Counted from the first letter of the stretch, positions 1 through 10,377 are shown. The stretch: 43,236 nucleotides of DNA from Rhodanobacter sp. (GCA_039936515.1 JBDTIE010000312.1:1-43236); one strand, 5' to 3'. The notes: generated by a model from the letters alone, not told the origin. Numbers and translations are program-made.

Positions 1-456
1 CGCTTGCCGCCACTGGTTGGCCGCGGCCATTTCTTCGCCGTAGGGGAAGTGGCGCCGAAAGCAATAGCGACAGTTGATCGCGCAGGCTCCACTGGCAATG
101 AGCAGCGCGCGACCCTGGTACTTGTGCAGCACGCCATGCGCGGCGCGTGCATCCATGTCGCCAACTGCGTCCAGGGAAAAGCCCGGAACTTCGTCCAGCT
201 CCGCCAGTTGCGGCAGCACCTGCAGCAGCAGCGGGTCGTTGCGGTCTCCCCGGCGCATGCGCGCGACGAACCCGCGCGGTACGCGCAGGGCGAAGCCGGC
301 GTCGGCCCCGGGGAGTTCGTCGGCCAGATGCGCGAGCCCGACCAGGGCCAGCAACTCATTGGCATCGGTGACCGCCTCACGCCACAACTGGCGCCAGTCG
401 GCCAACGGCGATGGCACGGCCTGCGTAATGCGCGCGCCGGGGCTTGCGGTTATCAT
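1..456 (-). CDS. epmB: EF-P beta-lysylation protein EpmB (lysine 2,3-aminomutase-like radical SAM), N-terminal part; runs off the window start
   Basis: Not in the ORF track. Manual translation from ATG 456 gives MITASPG...WRQLWREAVTD...DPLLLQVLP...GVLHKYQGRALLIASGACAINCRYCFRRHFPY, with the radical-SAM CxxxCxxC motif; divergent from efp as usual. Confidence 0.93.
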   Translation of the reverse strand, partial: MITASPGARITQAVPSPLADWRQLWREAVTDANELLALVGLAHLADELPGADAGFALRVPRGFVARMRRGDRNDPLLLQVLPQLAELDEVPGFSLDAVGDMDARAAHGVLHKYQGRALLIASGACAINCRYCFRRHFPYGEEMAAANQWRQA

Positions 457-559
457 GTTCGACCTGTTTCGGGCGCATGCCCGGCAATCCTCCCATCTTA
501 CCCGCTGATCGCCAGCCCCACGGCTGGCGCCGGACCCATCCACCCTGGAGCTTTCCTGT

Positions 560-1126
560 ATGGCGACCTATGGCCTGAACGACGTCAAGACTGGTGTGAA
601 GATCATCGTCGACGGCGAACCGTGCACCATTGTCGAGGCCGAGTTCATCAAACCGGGCAAGGGCCAGGCGTTCACCCGCATCCGCATCCGCAACCTGTTG
701 AACGGGCGGACGGTGGAAAAGACGCTCAAGGCCAGTGAATCATTCGAAGGTGCCGACGTGGTCGATACCGACATGCAGTACCTGTACACCGACGGTGAGT
801 TCTGGCATTTCATGCAGCCGGACACCTTCGAGCAGCACCAGGCCGACAAGACCGCCGCCGGCGAAGCCGCCAAGTGGATGAAGGGCGAGGAGGACTGCGT
901 GGTCACGCTGTGGAATGGACGCCCGATCGCGGTGCAGCCGCCCAATTTCGTCGAGCTCAAGATCGTGGAGACCGATCCGGGCGTGCGCGGTGACACCTCC
1001 GGCGGTGGTGGCAAACCGGCCAAGCTGGAGACCGGCGCGGTCGTGCGCGTGCCGCTGTTTGTTGGCCAGGACGAGTTGATTCGCGTCGACACGCGCTCTG
1101 GCGAATACGTCAGCCGCGTCAAGTAA
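560..1126 (+). CDS. efp: Elongation factor P (Lys34, beta-lysylated type)
   Basis: KPGKGQAF loop, PGVRGDT and [12 protein letters not shown] motifs; GGAG RBS upstream. Confidence 0.98.
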   Translation: MATYGLNDVKTGVKIIVDGEPCTIVEAEFIKPGKGQAFTRIRIRNLLNGRTVEKTLKASESFEGADVVDTDMQYLYTDGEFWHFMQPDTFEQHQADKTAAGEAAKWMKGEEDCVVTLWNGRPIAVQPPNFVELKIVETDPGVRGDTSGGGGKPAKLETGAVVRVPLFVGQDELIRVDTRSGEYVSRVK

Positions 1127-1144
1127 GCCGCGGAGCAGCATCCG

Positions 1145-2476
1145 ATGAGCCAGACACCGCCGCAGCCTGTCGATCTGCTGATTGAAGCGCACTGGGTGAT
1201 ACCGGTTGAGCCCGACGGCGTGGTGCTGGAGGACCACGCCGTTGCCGTGCATTCGGGGCGCATCGTCGGCATCATGCCCATTGCCGACGCGCAGACGGCC
1301 TTTGCCCCACGCGAGCGCGTCGTGCTGGGCGAGCACGCGCTGATCCCCGGGCTGGTCAACAGCCACACGCACAACCCGATGACCCTGTTGCGCGGGTTGG
1401 CCGACGACCTGCCGTTGATGGTGTGGCTGCAACAGCACATCTGGCCGGCCGAGGCCAAGGTGCTGGGACCGGAGTTTGTGCGCGACGGCGTGGAGTTGGC
1501 AGTGGCCGAGATGCTGCGCGGCGGCACCACGTGCGCCAACGAAAACTATTTCTTCCCCGACGTCATTGGCGCGACTTACCGGCGCATGGGTTTCCGCGCG
1601 GTGGTCGGGCTGCCGGTCATCGAGTTCCCCACTGCCTGGGCGAGCAGCCAGGACGAATATTTTTCGCGTGCAACCGAAGTGCACGACAGCTTCCAGTCCA
1701 GCGACCTGATCACCACCGCCTTTGCTCCGCATGCGCCGTACACCGTGTCCGACGCCAGTTTCGAGCGCCTCCGCGTGCTCTCCGATCAGCTGGACATTCC
1801 GGTACATCTGCACCTGCACGAGACCGCGCACGAGGTGGATGAGGCGAAGGCGAAGGACGGCCTGCGTCCGTTCCAGCGGTTGCAGAAACTCGGACTCGTC
1901 AATGACCGGCTCATTGCCGTGCACATGACGCAACTGACCGATGGCGAAATTGCCGCGTGCGCGGCCGAAGGCGTATCGGTGGTGCATTGCCCGGAGTCCA
2001 ACCTCAAGCTCGCCTCCGGCTTCTGTCCTGCACAAAAGTTGCGCGCTGCCGGTGTCAACGTTGCGCTGGGTACCGACGGTTGTGCCTCCAACAATGACCT
2101 GGACATGTTTGGCGAGATGCGCACCGCCGCGCTGCTGGCCAAGGCTGTGGCCGGCGATGCGGCCGCATTCGATGCCGCCTATGCACTGCGCGCGGCGACC
2201 TTGAACGGCGCCAAGGCGTTGGGTCTGGACGCGCGAATCGGCTCCATCACGGTTGGCAAGCAGGCCGACCTGGCCGCGGTGCGTCTGTCCGACCTGGAAA
2301 CCCAGCCGCTGTACCACGTTGCCTCCCAACTGGTGTATGCCACAGGCAGGCATCAGGTGAGCGACGTATGGATCGCCGGACAGCGGCGCCTGGCCGAGCG
2401 CGAGCTGGTGGACGTTGATGTTTCGGCGATCCTGGCCAAGGCGCGTGCGTGGCGCGCACGCATCGCGGCCACCTGA
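1145..2476 (+). CDS. mtaD: TRZ/ATZ-family amidohydrolase, probable 5'-methylthioadenosine/S-adenosylhomocysteine deaminase
   Basis: PGLVNSHTH, APHAPY, HLHET, HCPESNLKLASG, GTDG motifs; conserved position before ubiG. Confidence 0.85.
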   Translation: MSQTPPQPVDLLIEAHWVIPVEPDGVVLEDHAVAVHSGRIVGIMPIADAQTAFAPRERVVLGEHALIPGLVNSHTHNPMTLLRGLADDLPLMVWLQQHIWPAEAKVLGPEFVRDGVELAVAEMLRGGTTCANENYFFPDVIGATYRRMGFRAVVGLPVIEFPTAWASSQDEYFSRATEVHDSFQSSDLITTAFAPHAPYTVSDASFERLRVLSDQLDIPVHLHLHETAHEVDEAKAKDGLRPFQRLQKLGLVNDRLIAVHMTQLTDGEIAACAAEGVSVVHCPESNLKLASGFCPAQKLRAAGVNVALGTDGCASNNDLDMFGEMRTAALLAKAVAGDAAAFDAAYALRAATLNGAKALGLDARIGSITVGKQADLAAVRLSDLETQPLYHVASQLVYATGRHQVSDVWIAGQRRLAERELVDVDVSAILAKARAWRARIAAT

Positions 2477-2560
2477 GCCGGCAGCGGGCTCGGCCGGCGC
2501 CATCGGGTGTTCGTTGACGCGTCAAGCTAAACTGCGAAGCTGCCTTGGAGGAGGATCGCC

Positions 2561-3268
2561 ATGCCGAACGCGGCCAATGTGAGTGCGGCGGAGATTGCAC
2601 ACTTTGATGCACTGGCGTCGCGCTGGTGGGATGCCGATGGCGAGTCGCGTCCGCTGCACGATCTCAACCCGGTACGCCTGGCATATGTGCGCGATCGCGT
2701 CGAGCTGCAGGGCGCGCGCGTGGCGGACGTGGGCTGTGGCGGTGGCTTGCTCAGCGAGGCGCTGGCGCGGGCCGGCGCACAGGTCACCGGTATCGACCTG
2801 GCCCCGGCGGTGATCGAGGTGGCACGGCTGCATCTGCACGTATCGCAACTGGCGGTGGATTACCGCCTGCAGTCGTCGGCGGAGCTTGCGCGGGCCGAAC
2901 CGGCCGCCTTCGACGTGGTGTGCTGCATGGAAATGATCGAGCACGTGCCCGATCCGGCTGCACTGGTGGCCGATCTTGCCGCAATGCTCAAGCCTGGCGG
3001 CTGGTTGTTCATGTCCACCCTCAACCGCACGCCGGTGGCGTTTGCCACTGCGATCGTGGCTGCGGAATACGTCATGCGCCTGCTGCCGCGCGGTACCCAC
3101 CACTACGCGCAGTTCCTGAAGCCGGCCGAGCTTGCGCGATTGCTGCGCGCGCACGATCTGGAGGTCGTCGATGTCTCTGGTCTGGGCTACGATCCGTTCC
3201 GTCGCAAAGCGTGGTGCAGCCGCATTACCGCCGTCAATTATTTGCTCAGCGCGCGCAAGGGCGCATGA
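2561..3268 (+). CDS. ubiG: Ubiquinone biosynthesis O-methyltransferase
   Basis: RWWD..G...LH.LNP.R, DVGCGGGLLSE, EMIEHVPDP motifs; GGAGGAGG RBS. Confidence 0.97.
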   Translation: MPNAANVSAAEIAHFDALASRWWDADGESRPLHDLNPVRLAYVRDRVELQGARVADVGCGGGLLSEALARAGAQVTGIDLAPAVIEVARLHLHVSQLAVDYRLQSSAELARAEPAAFDVVCCMEMIEHVPDPAALVADLAAMLKPGGWLFMSTLNRTPVAFATAIVAAEYVMRLLPRGTHHYAQFLKPAELARLLRAHDLEVVDVSGLGYDPFRRKAWCSRITAVNYLLSARKGA

Positions 3269-3942
3269 GCATGCCGCTTGTCATCCGCGGCGTGTTCTTC
3301 GACCTGGACGGTACCTTGCTCGACAGCGCGCCGGATCTGTATGCCGCGCTGCGCGCGCTGTGCGCCGAAGAGGGCGTGACTGAGCCGCCCTACGCGCGTG
3401 TGCGCGAGGTTGTTTCACGTGGGTCACTGGCAATCCTGCGCTGCGCATTCGGCGCTTTCGACGAAGCCGGGGTGGCCGCACGCGTGCCGCGTTTCCTGGC
3501 GTTGTACCAGGGGCTGGTGTCGACCCAGACGCGGCCGTTTGCCGGCGTCGACGCGCTGTTGGCCGGCATCGAGGCGTGCGGCTGGCCATGGGGCATCGTC
3601 ACCAACAAGCCCGGTTTCCTCGCCGATGAACTGGTGCAGCGCATCGGTTGGAGCGAACGCGCTTGCACGGTGGTGTCCGGGGACACGTTGGCGGTGAAGA
3701 AGCCCGATCCGGCGCCGGTGCTGCTCGCCTGCACCCGAGCCGGGGTTGCCCCGGCGCAGGCGGTATTTGTTGGTGACGACGTGCGCGATATCCAGGCTGG
3801 CCGCGACGCCGGCTTGCTCACGGTAGCCGCGGCGTGGGGGTATCTGGACGGCGGGGACCCGCAGCAGTGGGGCGCGGACTTGGTGCTGGACACGCCCGCG
3901 GCGCTGCACGCGTGGCTGCAGCGCACGCCTTCGCCAGCATGA
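3265..3942 (+). CDS. HAD phosphatase (MupP / phosphoglycolate phosphatase-like)
   Basis: FDLDGTLLDS, VTNK, KPDP, GDD HAD motifs; ATGA overlap with ubiG stop gives the start. Confidence 0.9.
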   Translation: MSMPLVIRGVFFDLDGTLLDSAPDLYAALRALCAEEGVTEPPYARVREVVSRGSLAILRCAFGAFDEAGVAARVPRFLALYQGLVSTQTRPFAGVDALLAGIEACGWPWGIVTNKPGFLADELVQRIGWSERACTVVSGDTLAVKKPDPAPVLLACTRAGVAPAQAVFVGDDVRDIQAGRDAGLLTVAAAWGYLDGGDPQQWGADLVLDTPAALHAWLQRTPSPA

Positions 3943-4838
3943 TCGACGCGCTGGAAAAGCCTGCGCCGCTACAGGGTTTCATCGACAAGTGGTTGGCGGC
4001 GCAACCGCAACAGCATGTTGCCCTGGCGTTTGTCGACGGCCGGCGCTATCCCGGTCACCTGGCACTGGCGGCCTTCGAACAGGAGATGCTCGATGCCGCC
4101 TACGGCGTGCGCGAGCCGCAGGCGGTCGTGGCCAAGCTGAACTGGTGGGTGGCGGAGTTGACCGCGGCGCCCGCTACCGGCGGACAGCATCCGCTGACCC
4201 AGGTGCTGTTTGCCGACCCGCGCGCGACAAGCATCCCCGGTGCGATGTGGACCGCGCCGGCGCTGGCGGCGATGGCGCAACTCGAACAGGGCACCGCAGC
4301 AAATTTTGCTGCCCAACTGGCGGCCGCGCGCCCATTGCATGGGGCGCTCGCCGCGTTGGAAACTGCCTGGTGGTATGGGGCGCACGCCGATGCGTCGCGG
4401 GCGACGGTGGTGTCGAGCCTGGGACACCTGCTGCACGCGTTGCGCCGCTTGCCGCAGGACGCCGAGCGCGATCGCCTGCCGCTGCCGATGGACCGTCTGG
4501 CGCAGCACGGCCTGGGCCGCACCGACCTGCGCCCAGGCAGCGCGGCGCGCGATGCCGCGGTCAAGGCGCAGTTGCGCGAGTTGCTGAAACATTGGCGTAC
4601 CGCCGGCGGGATGCTAGGTCCGCTCAGCGTGTTCCGCGCGATCGAGTTTCACCAGGGCGGCGGCCTGGCCCGGCGTGCCGCCGCCGCTGCCGACAGCCTG
4701 GCAACGCTCGACGCACAGGCTGCCCGGTCCGATGTGTGGCTTGCGCTGCACGCCTGGCGCGCGGCGCGTGCATGGCAGCGAAGGCGTCCTGCGGCCGACG
4801 CGGCGTTGCCGGTCACGATTGCCAGCGAGCCATTGTGA
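3939..4838 (+). CDS. Squalene/phytoene synthase-fold protein, degenerate catalytic motifs
   Basis: AKLNWW..EL, HPL, LRRLPQD...RLPLP pattern; ATGA overlap with the upstream gene. Confidence 0.7.
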   Translation: MIDALEKPAPLQGFIDKWLAAQPQQHVALAFVDGRRYPGHLALAAFEQEMLDAAYGVREPQAVVAKLNWWVAELTAAPATGGQHPLTQVLFADPRATSIPGAMWTAPALAAMAQLEQGTAANFAAQLAAARPLHGALAALETAWWYGAHADASRATVVSSLGHLLHALRRLPQDAERDRLPLPMDRLAQHGLGRTDLRPGSAARDAAVKAQLRELLKHWRTAGGMLGPLSVFRAIEFHQGGGLARRAAAAADSLATLDAQAARSDVWLALHAWRAARAWQRRRPAADAALPVTIASEPL

Positions 4839-4905
4839 GCATGCTCCAATGCCCCCACCTCAAGAGGTTTCACGGTGGCACCGACACCGTGTCCAGGATC
4901 AAGAC

Positions 4906-5847
4906 ATGTTGAAACAGGAAATCGTCACGCGTCTGCTGCCCGATGTCGCGGTGCGTGCGCAGCCGGACCTTGGCGGCGTGCTGGATTGGGTCGGCATGGC
5001 CGACATCCAGATGCCCGTGCGCTTCGACGCCGGCGATGGAGCGGCGCAGCGCTCCAGCGCGCGTGTGGATGCCTTCGTCAACCTCAAGCGTCCGGACCAA
5101 CGCGGCATCCACATGTCGCGGCTGTACCTGCGGGTGGAGCAGGCGTTGGCCGAGACCGTCTTGAGCGTCGCCACACTGCAAAACCTGCTGCGCGAATTCA
5201 TCGATTCGCAGGCAGAGCTGTCGGACGGCGCACGCCTGCGCATCCGCTTTGACCAGCTGGTACGCCGTCCGGCACTGCGCAGTGCGCACAGTGGCTGGCG
5301 TGCCTACCCGGTCACCATCGATGCCAGCCTGGGCGCCGGCGGGTTCATCGTGGAGCTGGCGACCGAGGTGATGTACTCGTCCACCTGTCCGGCCTCGGCG
5401 GCGTTGTCGCGACAGTTGATACAGGAACAGTTCGCCCGCCAGTTCGCCGCCGACTCGGTGATCGATCACGCCGCGGTCATGGCCTGGCTCGGTACCGAGC
5501 AGGGCATTGTCGCCACCCCGCATGCGCAGCGCAGCGTGGCGCAGGTCAGCGTGCGCTTGCACCCGGGCGCAGACATGCACCTGCTGGTGCTGCTGGATGC
5601 GATGGAGCAGGCACTGGGCACACCGGTGCAGACCGCGGTCAAGCGCGAGGACGAGCAGGCATTTGCGCTGGCCAATGGCGGCAACCTGATGTTCTGCGAG
5701 GACGCCGCACGCCGGATTCACCAGGCGCTGTCACGCAATCCGGACTATGCCGATTTCCATTTGCGCGTGGAGCATCAGGAAAGCCTGCACGCCCACGACG
5801 CGGTAGCCTATGCCAGCAAGGCCGGAGTGCCGCGACATCACGACTGA
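4906..5847 (+). CDS. folE2: GTP cyclohydrolase IB (FolE2)
   Basis: LPDVA, RGIHMSRL, YSSTCPAS, TPHAQRS, VKREDEQ, MFCED, ESLHAHDA motifs. Confidence 0.95.
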   Translation: MLKQEIVTRLLPDVAVRAQPDLGGVLDWVGMADIQMPVRFDAGDGAAQRSSARVDAFVNLKRPDQRGIHMSRLYLRVEQALAETVLSVATLQNLLREFIDSQAELSDGARLRIRFDQLVRRPALRSAHSGWRAYPVTIDASLGAGGFIVELATEVMYSSTCPASAALSRQLIQEQFARQFAADSVIDHAAVMAWLGTEQGIVATPHAQRSVAQVSVRLHPGADMHLLVLLDAMEQALGTPVQTAVKREDEQAFALANGGNLMFCEDAARRIHQALSRNPDYADFHLRVEHQESLHAHDAVAYASKAGVPRHHD

Positions 5848-5876
5848 CCGCGCGCTGCCGGTTCGATCCGGCATGG

Positions 5877-6149
5877 TCAACGCACATCGCCCGGATCGCC
5901 TACGCCGTTACACCGCGGGAAGTGAAAATGCTCCGGCACCGGATCCTCGCCGCCGGTGCACAGCGGCTGGCAACGCAGCAATCGCCACACCGTCAATGCG
6001 CTGCCGCGCCACGGGCCAAAGCGCGTCACGGCAATCCGTGCATAATCAGAGCAGGTCGGATGAAAGCGGCAATGGGGCCCGAGCAAGGGGCTGATCCAGC
6101 GTTTGTACGCACGCAACAGGCTCAGCAGGCAACGGGTCAGGACATTCAC
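5877..6149 (-). CDS. yidD: Membrane protein insertion efficiency factor YidD
   Basis: [22 protein letters not shown]...RLLRCQP..GG.DPVP; GTG start inferred. Confidence 0.92.
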   Translation of the reverse strand: MNVLTRCLLSLLRAYKRWISPLLGPHCRFHPTCSDYARIAVTRFGPWRGSALTVWRLLRCQPLCTGGEDPVPEHFHFPRCNGVGDPGDVR

Positions 6150-6265
6150 GGGGCGGGACAGCTTGGCGCCAGTAGGTGGTACAAGTATTCCAGAAGCAAG
6201 CTTGCCGGTACAGGACACATCGGTTATAACACCCGGCCGCCACGGCCCATGCATGGTGAAAGGAT

Positions 6266-7564
6266 ATGGCGAAATCAACGCGTAGTTCGAGTTCCACTGG
6301 CACGCAGAAGAAAAGCGCAAGCAAGGCGCATGGTGCGGTGAAGGCAAAAAAAGCCGTGACGGTTGCGAAACATCCCACGGCGCATGCCAAGGCATCGGCC
6401 AAGGCCAAGCCGGCACCGGCCAAAGCAGCGGCCAAGCCCCGTGCCAAGCCCGCCGCCAAGCCGGCAGTGAAGAAGACCGCTGCCAGGAAATCCGTGGCGC
6501 GTCCAGCACCGGCTGCAGCCAAGTCGGCACATGCTGGCAAGGCCGTGGTGCGTGGCGGCAGCAAGCCGGCTAGCAAACCCGCGGCCGCGACAAAACCGGC
6601 GGCGGCAAAGAAGGCGCCCGTCAAACCGGTCAGCGTAAAGCGACCAGCCGCGCCGGTGGCCAAGCCCAAGCCCAGCAAGGCCAAGCCGGCGCACAAGCAG
6701 GCCGTAAGCGGCGGCGCCACGCGCGGCAAGGCCGCGACCAAGGCCGGCGCAGCGACCTCGACGCACAAGACATCAAAGCCCGCGGCACCGGCACACGCTT
6801 CCGGCAAGCAGGCATCGACGCATGATGCGCTTGCCAAGGGCAACGTCGGCGGCAAACACAAGTCGTCCGCGCAGCGCGCGGCCCGTCCACCGGCTGCGGC
6901 AGCGACAAAATCTGCCGGCAACGGCCATCACGTCCTCCCCGCCGCTCCACCGGCCAGGCATGCGCCGGCGCCGTTCAAGGGCCGTGTCGCCAGTGCCACC
7001 GCCATGGTGACTCAACGTTCGGCCAATGCTTCGGCACACGGCGGATCGAATAAAAACCAGAATCAACCGACGGACTCAATGAATAAAACCGCTGCGAAAC
7101 TCGAAAATGGTGTAACCCGCGAAGACGGTCACTACGCATTGCCTTCCACCAGTGTCATCAATTTGCCGCACGGCTACGTGCCCAGCAGCAAAGAGGAGTA
7201 CATGAACCCGCGGCACCTCGCGTATTTCCGCGAGAAGCTGCGCACATGGCGCGATCAGTTGGTCGAGGAGTCGCGACAGACGATGGACAACCTGCGTGGC
7301 GAAGTACGCGACGTGGGCGACGAAGCCGAGCGTGCCACGCGTGAAACGGAAAACTCGCTGGAGCTGCGCACACGCGACCGCTATCGCAAGCTCATCGCCA
7401 AGATCGACAAGGCGCTGCGCCGCATCGAGGAAGGTACCTACGGCTTCTGCGAAGAAACCGATGAGGAAATTGGCGTGGAGCGCCTGGATGCGCGTCCAAT
7501 CGCGACCTTGTCGCTGGATGCCCAGGAGCGGCGTGAGCACCTGCAGAAGCAGATGGGCGACTGA
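6266..7564 (+). CDS. dksA: RNA polymerase-binding protein DksA with ~270-aa Lys/Ala-rich N-terminal extension (alternative start 7079)
   Basis: C-terminus EEYMN...YF...DEAERAT...[23 protein letters not shown]...RL.ARP; AAGGA RBS before 6266. Confidence 0.9.
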   Translation: MAKSTRSSSSTGTQKKSASKAHGAVKAKKAVTVAKHPTAHAKASAKAKPAPAKAAAKPRAKPAAKPAVKKTAARKSVARPAPAAAKSAHAGKAVVRGGSKPASKPAAATKPAAAKKAPVKPVSVKRPAAPVAKPKPSKAKPAHKQAVSGGATRGKAATKAGAATSTHKTSKPAAPAHASGKQASTHDALAKGNVGGKHKSSAQRAARPPAAAATKSAGNGHHVLPAAPPARHAPAPFKGRVASATAMVTQRSANASAHGGSNKNQNQPTDSMNKTAAKLENGVTREDGHYALPSTSVINLPHGYVPSSKEEYMNPRHLAYFREKLRTWRDQLVEESRQTMDNLRGEVRDVGDEAERATRETENSLELRTRDRYRKLIAKIDKALRRIEEGTYGFCEETDEEIGVERLDARPIATLSLDAQERREHLQKQMGD

Positions 7565-7585
7565 ATTCAGCCTCCGCTGCTACGC

Positions 7586-7617
7586 GAAAAGGCCCCGCCT
7601 CGTGCGGGGTTCTTTTT
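7586..7617 (+). terminator. Intrinsic (possibly bidirectional) terminator after dksA
   Basis: aaaaggccccgc-ctcgt-gcggggttcttttt hairpin with T-run, between convergent dksA and sufE. Confidence 0.8.
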
Positions 7618-7730
7618 GCACGAGAGACCTTGACGGACACCGCTGGAGCGTATGCCAGCCGAACTTGGTGGCCAGTATTGCAAGCACTGCTGTGGCGCGT
7701 GCGGACGTGCATGCCGCGCCGGTTGCCGCG

Positions 7731-8162
7731 CTATTTCAGCGCCGCGGCAGCGTAGCCTTTGAGCTTGGCGAGCGTGGCCGCCAAGCCGTTGGAGCGTGTC
7801 GGGGACAGATGTTTGGCCAGGCCGATGGCATGGATGAACTGCGGATCGGTGTCCACGATTTCGCGTGCGGGCCGGTCGGAATACACACGCAGGATCAACG
7901 CCAGCAACCCGGAAACGATGGCAGAGTCGCTGGCGGCATCGAAGTGCATGTTGCTCGCGTCACCGCTGGGCACCAACCACACCATTGACTGGCAACCATG
8001 CACGCGCCAGCCCTCGGTTTTCAACTGCGCCGGGAAGTCGGCCAGTGGCTTGCCGATGTCGATCAGGTATTGGTAGCGCTCGGTCCAGTCGCCGAAAAAT
8101 GCGAACTCCTCGGTGATCTGCTGCTGGGCCTGGGCGGCGGTGGTTGGGGCGATGGCTGTCAT
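7731..8162 (-). CDS. sufE: Fe-S cluster sulfur-transfer protein SufE
   Basis: W.ERYQYLID.G, VHGCQS.VW, SDSAIVSGL, LSPTRSNGL motifs. Confidence 0.93.
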   Translation of the reverse strand: MTAIAPTTAAQAQQQITEEFAFFGDWTERYQYLIDIGKPLADFPAQLKTEGWRVHGCQSMVWLVPSGDASNMHFDAASDSAIVSGLLALILRVYSDRPAREIVDTDPQFIHAIGLAKHLSPTRSNGLAATLAKLKGYAAAALK

Positions 8163-8232
8163 CAGCGCATTATCGCGCGGCTGCCGGCGCGGGACCTGAT
8201 CGGGGACACAAGCTCATGCGAACGGTGATTGC

Positions 8233-9603
8233 TCACGAGGAGGCGACACTCCAGCGCGTCCCGCCGGCACTGTCCTCGATGGCAATGCCCATGGCCGTGA
8301 GCTCATCGCGGATGGCGTCGGCACGCGCAAAATCGCGCTGTTCGCGCGCAGCGCGGCGTTGTTGCAGCATATCCTCGATGCGCGCGGCGTCCACCGCGCT
8401 CTCACCGCGACGGAACCATGCCTGCACCGGCTGTTGCAGCAGCCCAAGTGCTGATGCGCCCGAGAGCAGCGCGGCCTTGGATGCGGGGCTGGGCTCGCGC
8501 CGCGCGTGATCGGCCAGCACGGCAAGTTCGGCCAACGCTTGCGGCGTGTTGAGGTCGTCGCACAAGGCCGCCTCCAGACGCGCCGGGATGGGCTGTGGCG
8601 CCTCAGACAGCGGTATCGTCTCGATCTCCCGCAACACGCGGTACCAGCCGTCCAAAGTGGCGGTGGCCTGCTGGATGGCAGCTGCCGACCAATCCAGAGG
8701 CTGGCGGTAATGCCCGCTCAGCAGGCGCAGGCGCAGTGCCTCCGCCGGATGCTCGCGCAGCAGTTCGTGCACCAGCAAGACGTTGCCGAGCGACTTGGAC
8801 ATCTTGCGACCATCGAAAGTGAGCATGCCGTTGTGCAGCCACCAACGCGCAAACACCGCGCCGCCGTGCGCACAGGTGGACTGCGCGATCTCGTTCTCAT
8901 GATGGGGAAACAACAGGTCCACGCCGCCAGCATGGATGTCGATGGTCGTGCCCAGGTGCGCGGCGCTCATAGCCGAGCACTCGATGTGCCAGCCCGGCCG
9001 TCCGCGTCCCCAAGGGCTGTCCCAACCGGGCAGGTCGGGTGTGGAGGGTTTCCACAGCACGAAATCGCCGGGGCTGCGCTTGTAAGCGGCCACTTCGATG
9101 CGCGAGCCGGCGAGCAGTTCGTTGGTGTCACGACCGGACAGTGCGCCATAGGCGGGGTACGAACCCACGTCGAACAGCACGTGGCCGTCGACTGCGTAAG
9201 CATGACCGCGTGCCAGCAGCACCTGGATCATGGCGATGATCTGGGCAATGTGCGTTGTGGCGCGCGGCTCCAGATCAGGCGCGGCTACGCCCAGGCCGGC
9301 CATGTCATCGCGATAGGCCTGCGCAAAGCGTTCGGAAATCGTACCGATCGGCACACCCTGGGCCAGCGCAGCGGCGTTGATCTTGTCGTCTACATCGGTG
9401 ATGTTGCGGGCGTAGCGCACCACCGGATAATGGCGGCGCAACAGGCGCACCAGCACATCGAACACCACCGGGCCGCGCGCGTTGCCAATATGCACATAGT
9501 TGTAGACGGTCGGCCCGCACAGGTACATGGTGACCTGCGCCGGGTTCAATGGCACGAATGGCTCAATCCGGCGGGTCAGGCTGTTGTAGAGGGAAATGGA
9601 CAT
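8233..9603 (-). CDS. cysS: Cysteine--tRNA ligase
   Basis: [40 protein letters not shown] motifs; start at MSISLYNSL. Confidence 0.98.
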   Translation of the reverse strand: MSISLYNSLTRRIEPFVPLNPAQVTMYLCGPTVYNYVHIGNARGPVVFDVLVRLLRRHYPVVRYARNITDVDDKINAAALAQGVPIGTISERFAQAYRDDMAGLGVAAPDLEPRATTHIAQIIAMIQVLLARGHAYAVDGHVLFDVGSYPAYGALSGRDTNELLAGSRIEVAAYKRSPGDFVLWKPSTPDLPGWDSPWGRGRPGWHIECSAMSAAHLGTTIDIHAGGVDLLFPHHENEIAQSTCAHGGAVFARWWLHNGMLTFDGRKMSKSLGNVLLVHELLREHPAEALRLRLLSGHYRQPLDWSAAAIQQATATLDGWYRVLREIETIPLSEAPQPIPARLEAALCDDLNTPQALAELAVLADHARREPSPASKAALLSGASALGLLQQPVQAWFRRGESAVDAARIEDMLQQRRAAREQRDFARADAIRDELTAMGIAIEDSAGGTRWSVASS

Positions 9604-9777
9604 GGTTGGCATGGACCGTTGGTGCGCCGGCGGCAGCGTCAGGCAGCCCGGCATATTAACAAGGTGTAAGCGCCGGGGTCCGGATCGGAACGTTCTAAGG
9701 GTGTATTCAGTGTGAATTTGTTGCAATGGCGTTATTCGCGCAGGTTTGCGCCGCTGCACAACCCTCTGGAGGTCGAG

Positions 9778-10308
9778 ATGACCAAGCTATGGCTCTCCGC
9801 ACTGGCGCTGACGATGATGTCCGCCGGGGTGTTCGCGCAGGACGCGCGCTATCCCAACGCCAACGACGACAACGCGCACTATGGCTGGGCCGACGTGCTG
9901 CGCGCCGATCCGGTAACGGGCGTCAGCCGCACGCAGGTACCGCGGCAGGAATGCTACGACCAGCCGGTGGTGCGTCATGAAGGCGGCAACTCCACGGCCG
10001 GCACGGTGCTGGGCGCGGTGATCGGCGGTGTCTTGGGCAACACGGTGGGCAAGGGTGACGGACGCAAGGCGGCGACCGTCGCCGGCGCCGTCGCCGGTGG
10101 CGCGGTGGGCAATCGGGCAGCCGGCCGCGGCAGCGATTACGAGTCGGTGCAGACGCGCTGCCGCGAGGTGTCGTCGGTCAGTGAGCAGCGGCGGATCGTC
10201 GGCTATGACGTGGAATACCGCTATCGCGGCGAGGTCTACATGTCGCGCCTGAACTACGATCCGGGCGAACGACTGCGCGTGCGTGTCAGCGTGACGCCGG
10301 CCGATTGA
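9778..10308 (+). CDS. Secreted glycine-zipper 2TM protein (YcfJ-like)
   Basis: Signal peptide, GAVIGGVLG...[10 protein letters not shown] zipper, [11 protein letters not shown] tail; GGAGG RBS. Confidence 0.88.
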   Translation: MTKLWLSALALTMMSAGVFAQDARYPNANDDNAHYGWADVLRADPVTGVSRTQVPRQECYDQPVVRHEGGNSTAGTVLGAVIGGVLGNTVGKGDGRKAATVAGAVAGGAVGNRAAGRGSDYESVQTRCREVSSVSEQRRIVGYDVEYRYRGEVYMSRLNYDPGERLRVRVSVTPAD

Positions 10309-10324
10309 GCTTGTTGTCCGCCGT

Positions 10325-10355
10325 GAAAAACCGCCGCCTTCGGGCGGCGGTTTTC
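10325..10355 (+). terminator. Intrinsic terminator
   Basis: gaaaaaccgccgcc-ttcg-ggcggcggttttc hairpin. Confidence 0.88.
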
Positions 10356-10377
10356 GTTCCGGCATGCAGCTTTGCGG

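Noticed and set aside
6215-6235. GTTATAAC as a possible Zur box between yidD and dksA
   Set aside because: Only a half-site-sized match; more simply a -10 element.
9655-9720. TTCAG-like direct repeats upstream of the glycine-zipper gene (also before the RcnB-family gene) as a response-regulator box
   Set aside because: Too degenerate to support by eye.
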